Notes: generated by a model from the sequence alone, not told the origin. A stretch of 63,093 nucleotides of DNA, filler included, from Octopus bimaculoides (GCF_001194135.2; 3 parts of 3 records of this genome joined end to end with filler, not necessarily neighbours in it), one strand, 5' to 3'; counted from the first letter of the whole stretch, positions 48,347-60,370 are shown. Made by a program: numbers and translations.

Positions 48347-49204
48347 GAAAGAAGTTGATTGTAATTACCATAAGGTGGGCTGCGGTTGGTCAAGGAAGGC
48401 CACTTGGTGTCGTGGTTTGATGTCGGTATAGCCGTATATCAGTGACAACAGTTAGTTGGAAAACACCACATGGTGAAAAGGAAATCGACCGCGTGGTGGA
48501 CAGGAAATTGATCAGGTTGTTGGAGGAGAGGAGAGGTAGGAAGGAGCGATATGCGCAAATATATAGTTGTATATGTGGGTGTGTGGACGCGCTCATATGG
48601 TTTTGTGCGCATGTCGGTATTGATGTGTATGTATGTATGTATGTATATATGTACATATATATNNNNNNNNNNAAAAGAACTCGTAAGGTTGGACCTCCGA
48701 CCAGGCCTTTCGTGACACCTTTAAAGCCAGGAACTTTTTAGCACGCCTTCATGTTTGTGTGTGTATGTATCTATGCCTGTATGTGTATATACGTAGGATG
48801 TATATTTATGTGTGTATATTTACACACACACACGCACAAGCGTACGTAATTGCACTTCTTTTCAAGATACTGATTTGATTAGTAACAAATCTACGTAAAT
48901 TTATCCGTGATTCACATCAATTTATTTTCTCGTTTTTAGTTATAGGAGGGACAAGCTATATAGCATAAAAATTTACCATTTCCACCCAGTCCAAAACTAT
49001 TTTGCAAATGATATTTATCAGTATAACAATCATTTGACTTATCTCTGTAGATATTTTCCCAATCTTTTTGATATTTCTCAATTATCCAAACTGAATACGA
49101 TTTGCATGCGTCTCATCAACACAAACTGCCACTTTATTTTACTCGCTATTCCATAAGACAGCAATTGAGTCTACATAATTTACTTTCTTCCCCCAGGACA
49201 TATT

Positions 49205-49286
<82 letters not shown>

Positions 49287-49424
49287 AGTATTCTTGCTCG
49301 GTCAAAATCAATGACATTTTAAAATAAATAAGCTGAAACTGATTTTGAATAAATATATTATGCATTCCATACATAACATGCATCCCATTACAGAATTATT
49401 TCAACACATCGTATATTGATTTCA

Positions 49425-49612
49425 ATTTTTGGCACAAAGCCAACAATTTCGAGGGAGGAGGAAAGTCGATTACATCGACCCCAGTGCTTAACTGGTACAA
49501 AGTCGACCGCGGTAGAATTTGGACTCAGAACGTAAAGACAGACGAAATGCTGCTAAGCATTTTGTTCGGCGTGTCAACAATTCTTCCAACTCACCACCTT
49601 TCAACACATCAT
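49425..49612 (-). mobile_element. SINE family A
   Basis: TTTTGGCACAAAGCCAACAATTTCG...AAGTCGATTACATCGACCCCAGTGCT...GAACGTAAAGACAGACGAAATGC..CTAAGCATTT. Confidence 0.88.
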
Positions 49613-49657
49613 ATACTGCCAGGCTAGATTATTATAGAAAGTTCATTAGAGATTTTC

Positions 49658-49706
49658 CGGACCATCAGAGTTCGGATTATAAAAGATTCCGGACTCTGAT
49701 GGTCCG
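49658..49706. repeat. 19-bp inverted repeat with an 11-nt loop
   Basis: CGGACCATCAGAGTTCGGA (49658-49676) pairs with TCCGGACTCTGATGGTCCG (49688-49706), with one G.T. Confidence 0.9.
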
Positions 49707-49784
49707 AAAACTCTTTTAATCCGCCCTAATTTACGAGCAGGGATTTCAAATGTCTGCAGCCGCCAGCATGGTTTACTAATATCT

Positions 49785-50690
49785 TGCACAGACTAGTACA
49801 TTGCGCATGAAACAGTTTTTAAAAACACTAAGGAAGAGAAATGCCAGAGGGTTTGAGTATATTGTAGAAAAGTTTCCTAAAATCACACAGGCGAAGTTGA
49901 AAGAGGGTATCATTGTCGGACCCCAAATTAGAGAAGTATTCAGAGATGTCAAACTCAAGACAACACTGGATGAACTGAAATTGCCTGCCTGGAATGCTTT
50001 CAGTTGGATCTGTGAGAATTTCTTGGGCAACAAAGAAGGCAATGGGCTACAAGGATGGCATCAAGAATCTTCTGAAATGTTACTCAGCCATGGGTTGTCG
50101 CATGTCACTGAAAGTTCACTTCTTCGACTCCTATCTNNNNNNNNNNNNNNNNNNNNNNNNNNNNNNNNNNNNNNNNNNNNNNNNNNNNNNNNNNNNNNNN
50201 NNNNNNNNNNNNNNNNNNNNNNNNNNNNNNNNNNNNNNNNNNNNNNNNNNNNNNNNNNNNNNNNNNNNNNNNNNNNNNNNNNNNNNNNNNNNNNNNNNNN
50301 NNNNNNNNNNNNNNNNNNNNNNNNNNNNNNNNNNNNNNNNNNNNNNNNNNNNNNNNNNNNNNNNNNNNNNNNNNNNNNNNNNNNNNNNNNNNNNNNNNNN
50401 NNNNNNNNNNNNNNNNNNNNNNNNNNNNNNNNNNNNNNNNNNNNNNNNNNNNNNNNNNNNNNNNNNNNNNNNNNNNTTTGAAGAATAATAGTGATTATTT
50501 TTAACTCAATTAACTCATTTACTTTCTAAAAATAATATGTCCTTATTTATTACGTTAATGATTTCATATATATAAATATGTAAATATTTGCATGTATCTA
50601 CTGAAAAAGTCATACGTGCTGCATACAAATGGAGTAAAATTTTGAAATCAGCATGAAAAATTAGTCTAAAAAAGTTGGTTTGCATTCATA
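49785..50690 (+). mobile_element. DNA transposon transposase C-terminal relic, probably CMC/Chapaev3-type, spanning a gap
   Basis: MKQFLKTL...FEYIVEKFPKITQAKLKEGIIVGPQIR...AWNAFSWICENFLGN(K), frameshift, GYKDGIKNLLKCYSAMGCRMSLKVHFFDSY. The protein family is recognisable; the superfamily label is from memory and less certain. GAAATCAGCATGAAAAA at about 50645 resembles the subterminal end. Confidence 0.72.
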
Positions 50691-50765
50691 ATGAGTATAA
50701 TACATTTAATTTTGTTGACCAGTAATATTAATAAAAATATACACATACTCATATTTTGATTTCTA

Positions 50766-51646
50766 CGTGGTCTGATCAATAAGTATCCGGACTGATGCCT
50801 TAGTAATGAAGCTAAAGCCCGCAGAGTAAAGCTGCTTGGCACGTATTGACCTAGAACTCTTCTATGCATGCGCACTAGGTTTTAACGTTCTGGTTCACTT
50901 CCGTTGTTTACAGAAGTGATCGGAAGGAAGGTGTGTAGCGTGTGACCGTCGCATTAAACCTGACAGAGAAAGTTGAGCAGAGAATTTGCATCAAATTTTG
51001 CCAAAAGCTTGGCGATGCCTGCACACTAGGTCTACGCAAAGTTTTCAAAACGTTTTCATCGTTCTCGACACATTCAAGGAGATCTTGTGTAACTGGAACC
51101 CGAATGTCTTATTGGTCAGTTGAAAACAGTTTGGGCACAAACTTGGCAAACACGCGTCTCATACCAAATCTTCAGTGATAATGGACTGAACTGAACTATA
51201 ACTAATATTCACATCTTCTGATAACTCACGGATGGTGATTCGACGGTTTCTTTTCACAGCTGCACACACATCTGCGATGTTTTTCTCATTTCTCCTGGCT
51301 ACAAGTCTTCCAGAATGTTCATCAATATCGATATTTTTCGGCTATATTGGAAACGTCTGAACCACTCGTACTCTTGTGTGCGGCTCATACACTCCTCTCG
51401 ATACACTTTCTGCAACTTTGCGCAGGCCTCTGAGCAGGTACCGCCATGACAACTTTCTCAGTCATGGTCAATACGACGATCACACGTTACATACCTTCCT
51501 TCCAAGCACTGCTGTAAAAAGTGGAATGAGCTGGAACATTGAAACTTAGTACGCATGCACAGTAGAGTTTAATGTCAATCTGTGTCAAGCGGCTTCCTCT
51601 TGTGTGCTTTAACTTCGTTACTATAGCAACAGTCCATCAGACCTCG
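50766..51646. mobile_element. Non-autonomous mariner made of two converging 5' ends, flanked by TA on both sides
   Basis: Left: TA-CGTGGTCTGATCAATAAGTATCCGGACT...TEKVEQRICIKFCQKLGDAC. Right (minus): TA-CGAGGTCTGATGGACTG...MTEKV..YEWFRRFQ...RRITIRELSEDVNISYSSVQSIITEDL.MRRVFAKFVPKL. Junction at about 51028. Confidence 0.85.
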
Positions 51647-51689
51647 TATTTTTCCTGTTTACACAAACATAACTGTATGCTCGAAATAC

Positions 51690-51907
51690 GAAGTAGAAAA
51701 ACAGCCGACAACTGATGAAGGGATCTTTTTTATGTTGTTTGTCTTGTTTTCTATTTGTTTCTTTCGTTGTTCGCAAAAAAAGTTCGTATTCCATGTTTTC
51801 GTATTTCATCTTGCTTACGTTCTGTGGTGTCCTGTACCCGTATATGCATGTATATATATACGTATATATGTGTGTTCATATATGTATGTATATATGCATA
51901 TATATAT
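51690..51907 (+). repeat. CTGATGAAGG-containing repeat (probable PLE pseudo-LTR; 5' half of a hammerhead core, 3' half would fall in the gap)
   Basis: CTGATGA at 51712-51718; homology to 1440-1524; CTGATGAAGG is shared with HHR-1. Confidence 0.45.
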
Positions 51908-52777
51908 NNNNNNNNNNNNNNNNNNNNNNNNNNNNNNNNNNNNNNNNNNNNNNNNNNNNNNNNNNNNNNNNNNNNNNNNNNNNNNNNNNNNNNNNNNNNN
52001 NNNNNNNNNNNNNNNNNNNNNNNNNNNNNNNNNNNNNNNNNNNNNNNNNNNNNNNNNNNNNNNNNNNNNNNNNNNNNNNNNNNNNNNNNNNNNNNNNNNN
52101 NNNNNNNNNNNNNNNNNNNNNNNNNNNNNNNNNNNNNNNNNNNNNNNNNNNNNNNNNNNNNNNNNNNNNNNNNNNNNNNNNNNNNNNNNNNNNNNNNNNN
52201 NNNNNNNNNNNNNNNNNNNNNNNNNNNNNNNNNNNNNNNNNNNNNNNNNNNNNNNNNNNNNNNNNNNNNNNNNNNNNNNNNNNNNNNNNNNNNNNNNNNN
52301 NNNNNNNNNNNNNNNNNNNNNNNNNNNNNNNNNNNNNNNNNNNNNNNNNNNNNNNNNNNNNNNNNNNNNNNNNNNNNNNNNNNNNNNNNNNNNNNNNNNN
52401 NNNNNNNNNNNNNNNNNNNNNNNNNNNNNNNNNNNNNNNNNNNNNNNNNNNNNNNNNNNNNNNNNNNNNNNNNNNNNNNNNNNNNNNNNNNNNNNNNNNN
52501 NNNNNNNNNNNNNNNNNNNNNNNNNNNNNNNNNNNNNNNNNNNNNNNNNNNNNNNNNNNNNNNNNNNNNNNNNNNNNNNNNNNNNNNNNNNNNNNNNNNN
52601 NNNNNNNNNNNNNNNNNNNNNNNNNNNNNNNNNNNNNNNNNNNNNNNNNNNNNNNNNNNNNNNNNNNNNNNNNNNNNNNNNNNNNNNNNNNNNNNNNNNN
52701 NNNNNNNNNNNNNNNNNNNNNNNNNNNNNNNNNNNNNNNNNNNNNNNNNNNNNNNNNNNNNNNNNNNNNNNNNNNNN

Positions 52778-52810
<33 letters not shown>

Positions 52811-52812
<2 letters not shown>

Positions 52813-52954
52813 CGGGCTTCTTTCAGATCCACTCACAAGGCTTTGGTCGGCCCGAAGTTATAATAGAAGACACTATTATAAGGGTGCCACGCAGTGGAAC
52901 TAAACCCGGAACCATGTGGTTGGGAAGCAAACTTCTTACCACACAGTCACGCCT
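52811..52954 (-). mobile_element. SINE family B head
   Basis: Minus strand AGGCGTGACTGTGTGGTAAGAAGTTTGCTTCCCAACCACATGGTTCCGGGTTTAGTTCCAC, tRNA-like with A/B boxes. Confidence 0.88.
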
Positions 52955-53496
52955 ATGTACATATATCCTCTCGTCTGTCTATATAAATAAATATTTACAT
53001 TTGAACCAATAATATCTATGTTAGCATCTCGTTTTGTTATATTTTCTCACATTGGCATAAACCACCTTTAATTTCTACGCCCCCATACAATATAAACGCG
53101 ATGCCTGTGATACAGAACGTATTACATGGGTGTGTGCGTAATATATAGAGCATACATACACACTCATATTTATATACATATGTATATATGTGTGTATAAT
53201 ATATGTACTCTGGTGTTTGTGAGAGAAGGAATGAAAGATTGTAGGAGGAATGTAGCAGAGAGGGAGATAGAAAAAAAAACAGAGAAAGTAGCAGAGAAGG
53301 AAAGAGAAACAGAAAGGAGGGCTATAAGCAGATGAGGACAACCAGATTAAAAGATATCCGTTAGAAAGTTTAGTTGAGGTTCATTCTATGTTCGGAGGAA
53401 AATGGAGATATCTAAAAGGAACAGGCAATATTCGAAGAAACAGGTAGATAAGCACTATAATTAGGAGTGAATATATTTGCATAAACATTCTTACTT

Positions 53497-53541
<45 letters not shown>

Positions 53542-53826
53542 NNNNNNNNNNNNNNNNNNNNNNNNNNNNNNNNNNNNNNNNNNNNNNNNNNNNNNNNNNN
53601 NNNNNNNNNNNNNNNNNNNNNNNNNNNNNNNNNNNNNNNNNNNNNNNNNNNNNNNNNNNNNNNNNNNNNNNNNNNNNNNNNNNNNNNNNNNNNNNNNNNN
53701 NNNNNNNNNNNNNNNNNNNNNNNNNNNNNNNNNNNNNNNNNNNNNNNNNNNNNNNNNNNNNNNNNNNNNNNNNNNNNNNNNNNNNNNNNNNNNNNNNNNN
53801 NNNNNNNNNNNNNNNNNNNNNNNNNN

Positions 53827-53895
<69 letters not shown>

Positions 53896-53899
<4 letters not shown>

Positions 53900-54150
53900 A
53901 AGCATGGCCTAGTAGTTAGGGTGTCCTAGACTGGGTGGTGCGTTTTGTTCTTGAGGAAAACACTTCATCTCACGACCACTCTGCGATCACTTCGACAGCT
54001 GAAGCTTTGTACAAAGTGCACCTGTTCAGACAACAACAATTTGATGGAGAGAGTGAGCTAATTTACAGCACATACATTTGATCGCTATTAACAAATCATT
54101 TACGCAGGTCGTTCTGCTAAAGCTGAACACTCATATGTTGTCTTCGACGA
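53896..54150 (+). mobile_element. SINE family C variant
   Basis: GCATGGCCTAGTAGTTAGGGTG...TTCTTGAGGAAAACACTTCAT; homologous to 42181. Confidence 0.72.
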
Positions 54151-54859
54151 ATGAGTCCATCATATATATATATATATATATATTATATAGGCACACATAC
54201 ATACATACATACATACATACATACATACATACATACATACATACACACAAACACACACACAACACATTCATACATACATTAATACAGACAGACATGATGG
54301 AAATCGACCGCTTCTTAAGCCCATTTCGCTCTAAGAAACATCTCACGTTTGGTTTCGCCATCGCTCATGACATGTCATATGGTCCCTGAGGCCTGAAAGG
54401 GACTTACAAGTCATTCCACACCGACCACAAGTCTGGACGTTGGGACCTACAATGATACAATACCAAGTGAGTCCACTGGCCGTCACTCATCATTTGCGAG
54501 ACAAGGTGCAGAAGAAAAAAAATCCTGGATATCACATTGGTAGACGGGAACACTTCCGTGAGTATGCATGTGACTGAGTAGGCCCGCCTTTGAGAAACAT
54601 ACACAACCACACTAGTCATATGAAAAAGATTCTTTCATCCCCTTCTGAGGGAAAAGGCTCACATCCTCCATATATTTACCAGCACGTACATGCAACCCTG
54701 TTGTTCTCGAATTCTTTAACACCAGTAGCAATCAGATTCCTCCACATCTCCCTGTATATTGCAAGATCTTCCTAAATATTAGTAATGATATTGTTATTTT
54801 TAAGTGTGTAGTCAAGATTGTCTTTGAAACGCTTGCGTGGCTTGCACTGGGGACGTTTG

Positions 54860-55450
54860 ATGTCTAGACCATTTAAGTTGGTGACTCATAACCATGGACT
54901 GAATATTCATTATTTTTACCACTCTCGTTTTAGTCATATACCTCTTTAATAGGCACAATTTAAAAATTAGTTTTAGTTCTACTACTAACATTAAAAATAT
55001 AATTGCACACAACAAACAAAAACAACAAAATGAAACCAGCTGTTCCTGCAGGTTAAAAATTTGTGCCCGCTTAATGGAGCTTGTATGACCGAGGCCATCA
55101 TTTATGAAGCCTCCGTAGACTCTACAACCACTAAGGACATAGTTTCGTCAAAGAAATATGTGGGTCTCACAGGGAGACATTTTAAAGCCAGTTTCAACAA
55201 TCACACCTTAAGCTTCAGACACTGGGATAAAAGAAAAACAACCAACTTATCCAGTTATATATGGTCCTTAAAAGAAAAAGGTGTCAACTATAAGATTCAC
55301 TGGAAGATCTTGGCCAGTTGTAAGCCTTACACCAACGGCAGTGGAAAGTGCGGTCTTTGCGATATGGAAAGATGGCTTATCTGGAAAAGTTCTTTTAGAC
55401 CCCGTTACATGTCTAAATTCAAGAACTGAACTTTTGGGGTCATGTCCACA
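54860..55450 (+). mobile_element. Penelope-like element, GIY-YIG endonuclease region
   Basis: FNRHNLKISFSSTTNIKNIIAHNK...CSCR..LCPLNGACMTEAIIYEASV...KKYVGLTGRHFKASFNNHTLSFR...LSSYIWSLKEKG...CGLCDME...LNSRTELLGSCPH. IIY...YVG motif plus the PLE CCHH-type cysteines. Confidence 0.9.
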
Positions 55451-55451
55451 T

Positions 55452-57680
55452 ATTTGCTACGTTTTTGGACCCCTCAAGACTACAGATAGAACCTGCTTTT
55501 TATATTATGTCCACGTATGTTCTCCAGTGAGAACAGCAAATGGACGTTTTCTTTTGACTGACACCGCTTCTATCCATAAGCGTTGAGTAGAACGTTTTTC
55601 TGCACTTTTGAATAGACCATCATCCGTTGACATGAGGACAGTAGAAAAAAATTGAACACACCTTCCAGTTATAGAAGAGATGGCATTTGAACCAACTCTA
55701 AATGACATTTATTTAGCTGTGAATAAGTTTCTAGGGTCTGATGAATCTGTGCAGAAGTCTTGAAATATGGGGGTGACAAAATGTTTAAACTCTTAAATAT
55801 ATTAATTTGTCACTGTTGGAGAACTGAGAAAGTGCCTCAAGACTGGATTGATGTTATTTTAGTCTCCTTGTATAAATCGGGGCCAAAGGATCTGTGTGGT
55901 AATTTTCGTGGGGTTTCGCTTTCGTCTGTGTTTGTAAATGTACTTACCCGCATTTTGTTAGAACGTTTAAATACCTTTATAGTTCCAAATATAGTGTCTG
56001 AGTCTCAGTGTGGTTTTCGTTCCTCCAGGGGCACAGCTGATTGTATCTTTACTGTCAGACAATTACAAGAAAAGTGCATTGAGCAGAATCTTGCTCTATA
56101 CCATTGCTTTGTTGATTTGAGCAAAGCATTCGATACTGTTAATCGAAATGCTCTGTGGCTAATTCTAAGGAAAATAGGTCGCTCAGAAAAATTTATAAAC
56201 ATGGCCAGGGCTCTGCATCAATATATGAAAGCTAGAGTTAATTTTGGTGGTAGGCTCTCTGAATTTTTTTTCTGTGGNNNNNNNNNNNNNNNNNNNNNNN
56301 NNNNNNNNNNNNNNNNNNNNNNNNNNNNNNNNNNNNNNNNNNNNNNNNNNNNNNNNNNNNNNNNNNNNNNNNNNNNNNNNNNNNNNNNNNNNNNNNNNNN
56401 NNNNNNNNNNNNNNNNNNNNNNNNNNNNNNNNNNNNNNNNNNNNNNNNNNNNNNNNNNNNNNNNNNNNNNNNNNNNNNNNNNNNNNNNNNGGGAACTTTT
56501 GTATGCTGACGATTACGATCTTGTCAGTCATTCTGAAATAGGTCTGCAGTCTCTTGTATCCGCTTGACATCAACTTGGAAAAAAAACAGTTGTAATGTAT
56601 CAACCTGCGTGTGGTCTTGTTTGTAATCTCCCTAAAATTTTGTTAAGGGAAAGTTACTTGAGGTTGTCGATTCGTTCGTCTACCTTGAAAGCTCTGTTCA
56701 AAATGATGGAAATCTTGATACAGAAATACAGCTGCGAATTCAAAGGGCAGCAAAAGCATTTGGTGGCTTGGAGTCACGCGTTTGGTGCCAGCGACATATA
56801 AATAAGAATACAAAGCTGGCTCTTTACAAATCCTTTGTCTTACGATCCCTGTTGCATTCCTGTGAAACTTGCTATGAAAGGCATTTTAAACTGTTAGAAC
56901 AATTCCGCCAAAAATGCCTTCATCGCATTTTGAAAATTAAATTGAGTTCTTTTACTCCAAACACAGATGCCCTTGCATCTGCAGGCATCACCTCAATTAA
57001 AGCTATAATTTTGAGGAACCAATTGAAATAGTATGGCCATATTGTTCGAATGGCAGATGAACGCATGCCGAAACAGCTGTTTTATGGTGAGCTTGCAGAG
57101 AGGAAACGCTATCGGCGTAAACCTAAAAAGAGGTTTAAGGAAGGCATAAGGACTACTATGAAGTCACTTGGAATGGTCCCAGAAGTTATAGAAACCCTTG
57201 CTTCGGATCGAGTTGGATGGCGAAAAAGGTGTGGAGTGGATTGAAAGCATTTGAGGAAGCCAGGATAACGCGAGTAAGACTCAAAAGAGATCTAAGGAAG
57301 AATGTGACGATCGAGAAGGTGAATGACAATGATCTTTTTGTGAACACAGTCTGTGACAGACCATGCCTGTCTTTTGCTGGCCTCAAATCTCATCTGCGAA
57401 CGCATGGAAAACGAACCTCGACCAACTATTTTGCCTATATGTCTGTGCACACCTTTGAATGCAGTATATGCCAGAAGGTTTGCAAATCCAACGGAAGCCT
57501 CAAAAGACATGATAAGCTCCACAAAGAGCAGAACTTATCTGCAGCTCTTGGTGATCCAAATCAGAGGCGCAATCTATGTGGGTGTCTTTTCAGAACATTG
57601 TTTTATTTTAAAAGCCACATCAGACGTCATGATGGTTCTAAGGTACAGGAAGTGGTCAAACGGTCAAACTCTGTATAAGG
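55452..57680 (+). mobile_element. RTE-clade LINE (5'-truncated) with RT and a C-terminal triple C2H2 zinc-finger region
   Basis: VPQDWIDVILVSLYKSGPKDLCGNFRGVSLSS...SESQCGFRSSRGTADCIFTVRQLQEKCIEQNLALYHCFVDLSKAFDTVNR; ELLYADD; MADERMPKQLFYGEL...KPKKRFKE; ORF 57217-57678 with three X-x2-C-x12-H-x3-H units. Confidence 0.92.
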
Positions 57681-57699
57681 AGTAGACAGCTACCATATA

Positions 57700-57799
57700 N
57701 NNNNNNNNNNNNNNNNNNNNNNNNNNNNNNNNNNNNNNNNNNNTTAATTAATTAANNNNNNNNNNNNNNNNNNNNNNNNNNNNNNNNNNNNNNNNNNNN
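57700..57799. other. Synthetic 100-bp scaffold join N44-TTAATTAATTAA-N44
   Basis: Counted 44 + 12 + 44; identical to 28439-28538. Confidence 0.9.
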
Positions 57800-58054
57800 C
57801 AAATGCAATGAAAATGGTAAAAAGGATAGAACCGAAAGCATGTGCTTATGGCTTAAATCGGACGACGGTATTTCCGATTATTTGTGAAAAGAAGAGGATC
57901 AAACACACTGTTCATATCAAACTGAACTTTCACGGCAATGTCCTGTTTCAACGTTCGATCCTGAGGAGAGGTTGGCAAAAGAACCCAACACGTTAGTTTC
58001 AATTCAGTTTTTATGTTTATCCCCTCTTATGATCATGAATGTTGGATAATCATT

Positions 58055-58195
58055 TCTGCTCTAGGCACAAGGCCCGAAATTTTTGTGGGAGGGGGCCAGT
58101 GGAGCAGAACGACCCCAGTACGCAACTAGTACTTAATTTATCGACCCCGAAAGGATGAAAATCAAAGCTGACCTCGGCGGAATTTGAAATGAATG
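58055..58195 (-). mobile_element. SINE family A 3' part
   Basis: GGCACAAGGCCCGAAATTTT...CGACCCCAGT...ATCGACCCCGAAAGGATGAAA..AAAG..GACCTCGGCGGAATTTGAA. Confidence 0.82.
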
Positions 58196-58211
58196 TTGGA
58201 TAATCACCAAA

Positions 58212-58700
58212 ACAATGCGATCGCGAATGCATGTTGCCGAAATGGGGCTTCTCCGGAGGATTTCTGAAGGAACTTACGACAGGGTGCGTGACTCGGAGAT
58301 GAGGGAGTCTCTCGTGGTCGAGCTGCTGCATCTCCGTAGTGACAAGTCACAGTTCCGGTACTGCAGACACGTGGTTACAATGTCGCAGGGAAGAATCACA
58401 AGACGGATGCTTGAAGCTGAGCCAAACGCCAAGAAACCCGGGTGGGGTGGAAAGGGTAGACCAAGAACGAGAATAATGGATGATATTCCTCAGTCTCAGT
58501 TGGTCACGCTTGGTAATCCAACCTGAAAGTGTAATAATAGTTGCTTCTGGTAGAACCCTACGCAAGAGGTGCCCGGGGACTCACCCCTTCAGGACCCTCC
58601 CAGGAATAGCAGGCGGGGAAGATGTTTGGATGGATGAGTGAATGGATGGTTGGATGGGTGAAAATATTGGATGGATGGGTGGATGGGTGGATGGATGGAA
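58212..58700 (+). mobile_element. RTE-type LINE 3' end with a (GGAT)n tail
   Basis: MRSRMHVAEMGLLRRISEGTYDRVRDSEMRESLVVELLHLRSDKSQFRYCRHVVTMSQGRITRRMLEAEP...GKGRPRTR; followed by degenerate (GGAT)n. Confidence 0.85.
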
Positions 58701-59438
58701 ATTATGGGGTTGTCTCCACACCTCCGCTACCTTTCTTGACCTCAATTAATCAGTAAACTAATCGTTGTTTCTCCTCATCACAGGTGTAATTTTAATCAAT
58801 TAGTATTTCTAAGCCCACTTCATTAAGTAGATTAGCACTGATATTAATATTTGATTCCCCCCAGCACATCGTGTCCCAAGGGAGTATTTTCTCATAATCT
58901 CTTTTATCTGTATCAATTTCAGATAGAAAACACAAACAAAACCCACTCTCATGATCCGAACCGTCTACCTATCGCATGCCAGCTGACCTTGTTAACGATT
59001 AGACTAAGTGTGCCTGAGCAAACTACTATCTCAGATAAGATACCCAAATCAACTTTTACTTCATCATCATCATCATTATCATCATCTTCATCGTCATCGT
59101 CGTATCGTCGTCGTCGTCATCATCGTTGTTGTTGTGGTACTGTGCTATTTTAAACTCTGCTAGATAAATTAATCAGTAACTCAGTATAACAGAACCAATT
59201 AAGCTCAATTTATTAATATCACCTATACGGTGTGCACTAATGACTAATGCAGTAAGGTACCTCACCTGAGTTTGATGCTTAACACCGAGAAATAACCCCA
59301 CCAAAATATAATTACGAATGCATTAATAGCTAAGATTCTTCGAATTAGATTGAATGTCTAATATTATTTCAGGTGTTATATACACATACATACATACATA
59401 CATACATACATACATACATACATACATACATACATACA

Positions 59439-59672
59439 GGCGGCGAGCTGGCAGAAACGTTAGCGCGCCAGGCGAAATGCTTACCGTTATTTCGTCTGCC
59501 GTTACGTTCTGAGTTCAAATTCCACCGAAGTCGACTTTGCCTTTCATCCTTTCGGGGTCGATAAATTAAGTACCAGTTACGCACTGGGGTCGATGTAATC
59601 GACTTAATCTCTTTGTCTGTCCTTGTTTGTTCCCTCTATGTTTAGCCCCTTGTGGGCAATGAAGAAATAAGA
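59439..59672 (+). mobile_element. Full-length tRNA-derived SINE (family A), least diverged copy
   Basis: GGCGGCGAGCTGGCAGAAACGTTAGC (A-box) ... GAGTTCAAATTCC (B-box) ... GGGGTCGATGTAATCGACTT ... GAAATAAGA; preceded by (TACA)n. Confidence 0.9.
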
Positions 59673-59756
59673 GACTGCATGTGTCTCTCTGTCTTGACAA
59701 ATAATTTTACCTTACATTTATTTCTATATCCTCTCTCTCACTTATCTCTCTTTCTC

Positions 59757-59800
<44 letters not shown>

Positions 59801-60370
59801 GGATACACACACAAAAGCATACAAACACACACACACACGGATGGATGGACGGATAGTCTATCGCTCTTTTACTGATTTTAGTTATTGGAATGTCGCTAAG
59901 CTGGAGGACCATTTTGAAGCATGTAGTCAATTATATTGACTCACCATTTCACACGTAATTATCGATATTGGAAATGTACGAATTCTCATCGTAATTAATC
60001 TTATAACGAAGTATACTGTGAGATAAGTACAATGAGAATGCAATGCAACCGTCGTGAAGTTAGTCAGCAGTAGTGAAAATAAACTAATCAACAGATTCAC
60101 ACATTTCGATATTATCGACTTCTATCCCACAATCTTGAACTTCTTTCTTCTCTTAAAAGGTTTGGAATGCGGAAGACGATGATATAGAAAGCTAGAAATT
60201 TACTATTACACCGCGTCGATTTTAAATGGATCAAAAATAAAATATAATAAAAAGAGAAAGAAAACGCGATGGCCTTCTGTTCGAAGTTTGTGTAGCTACT
60301 GCCTGCTTAGATTTTTTGATATCATGAGACTATCTATCACACATTCCCTCAGAAATCGCGTTCATCTAAC

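Noticed and set aside
59439-59530. tRNA genes at SINE heads (also 23376, 42181, 52954)
   Set aside because: A/B boxes are present, but there is no cloverleaf and each continues into a multicopy SINE body.
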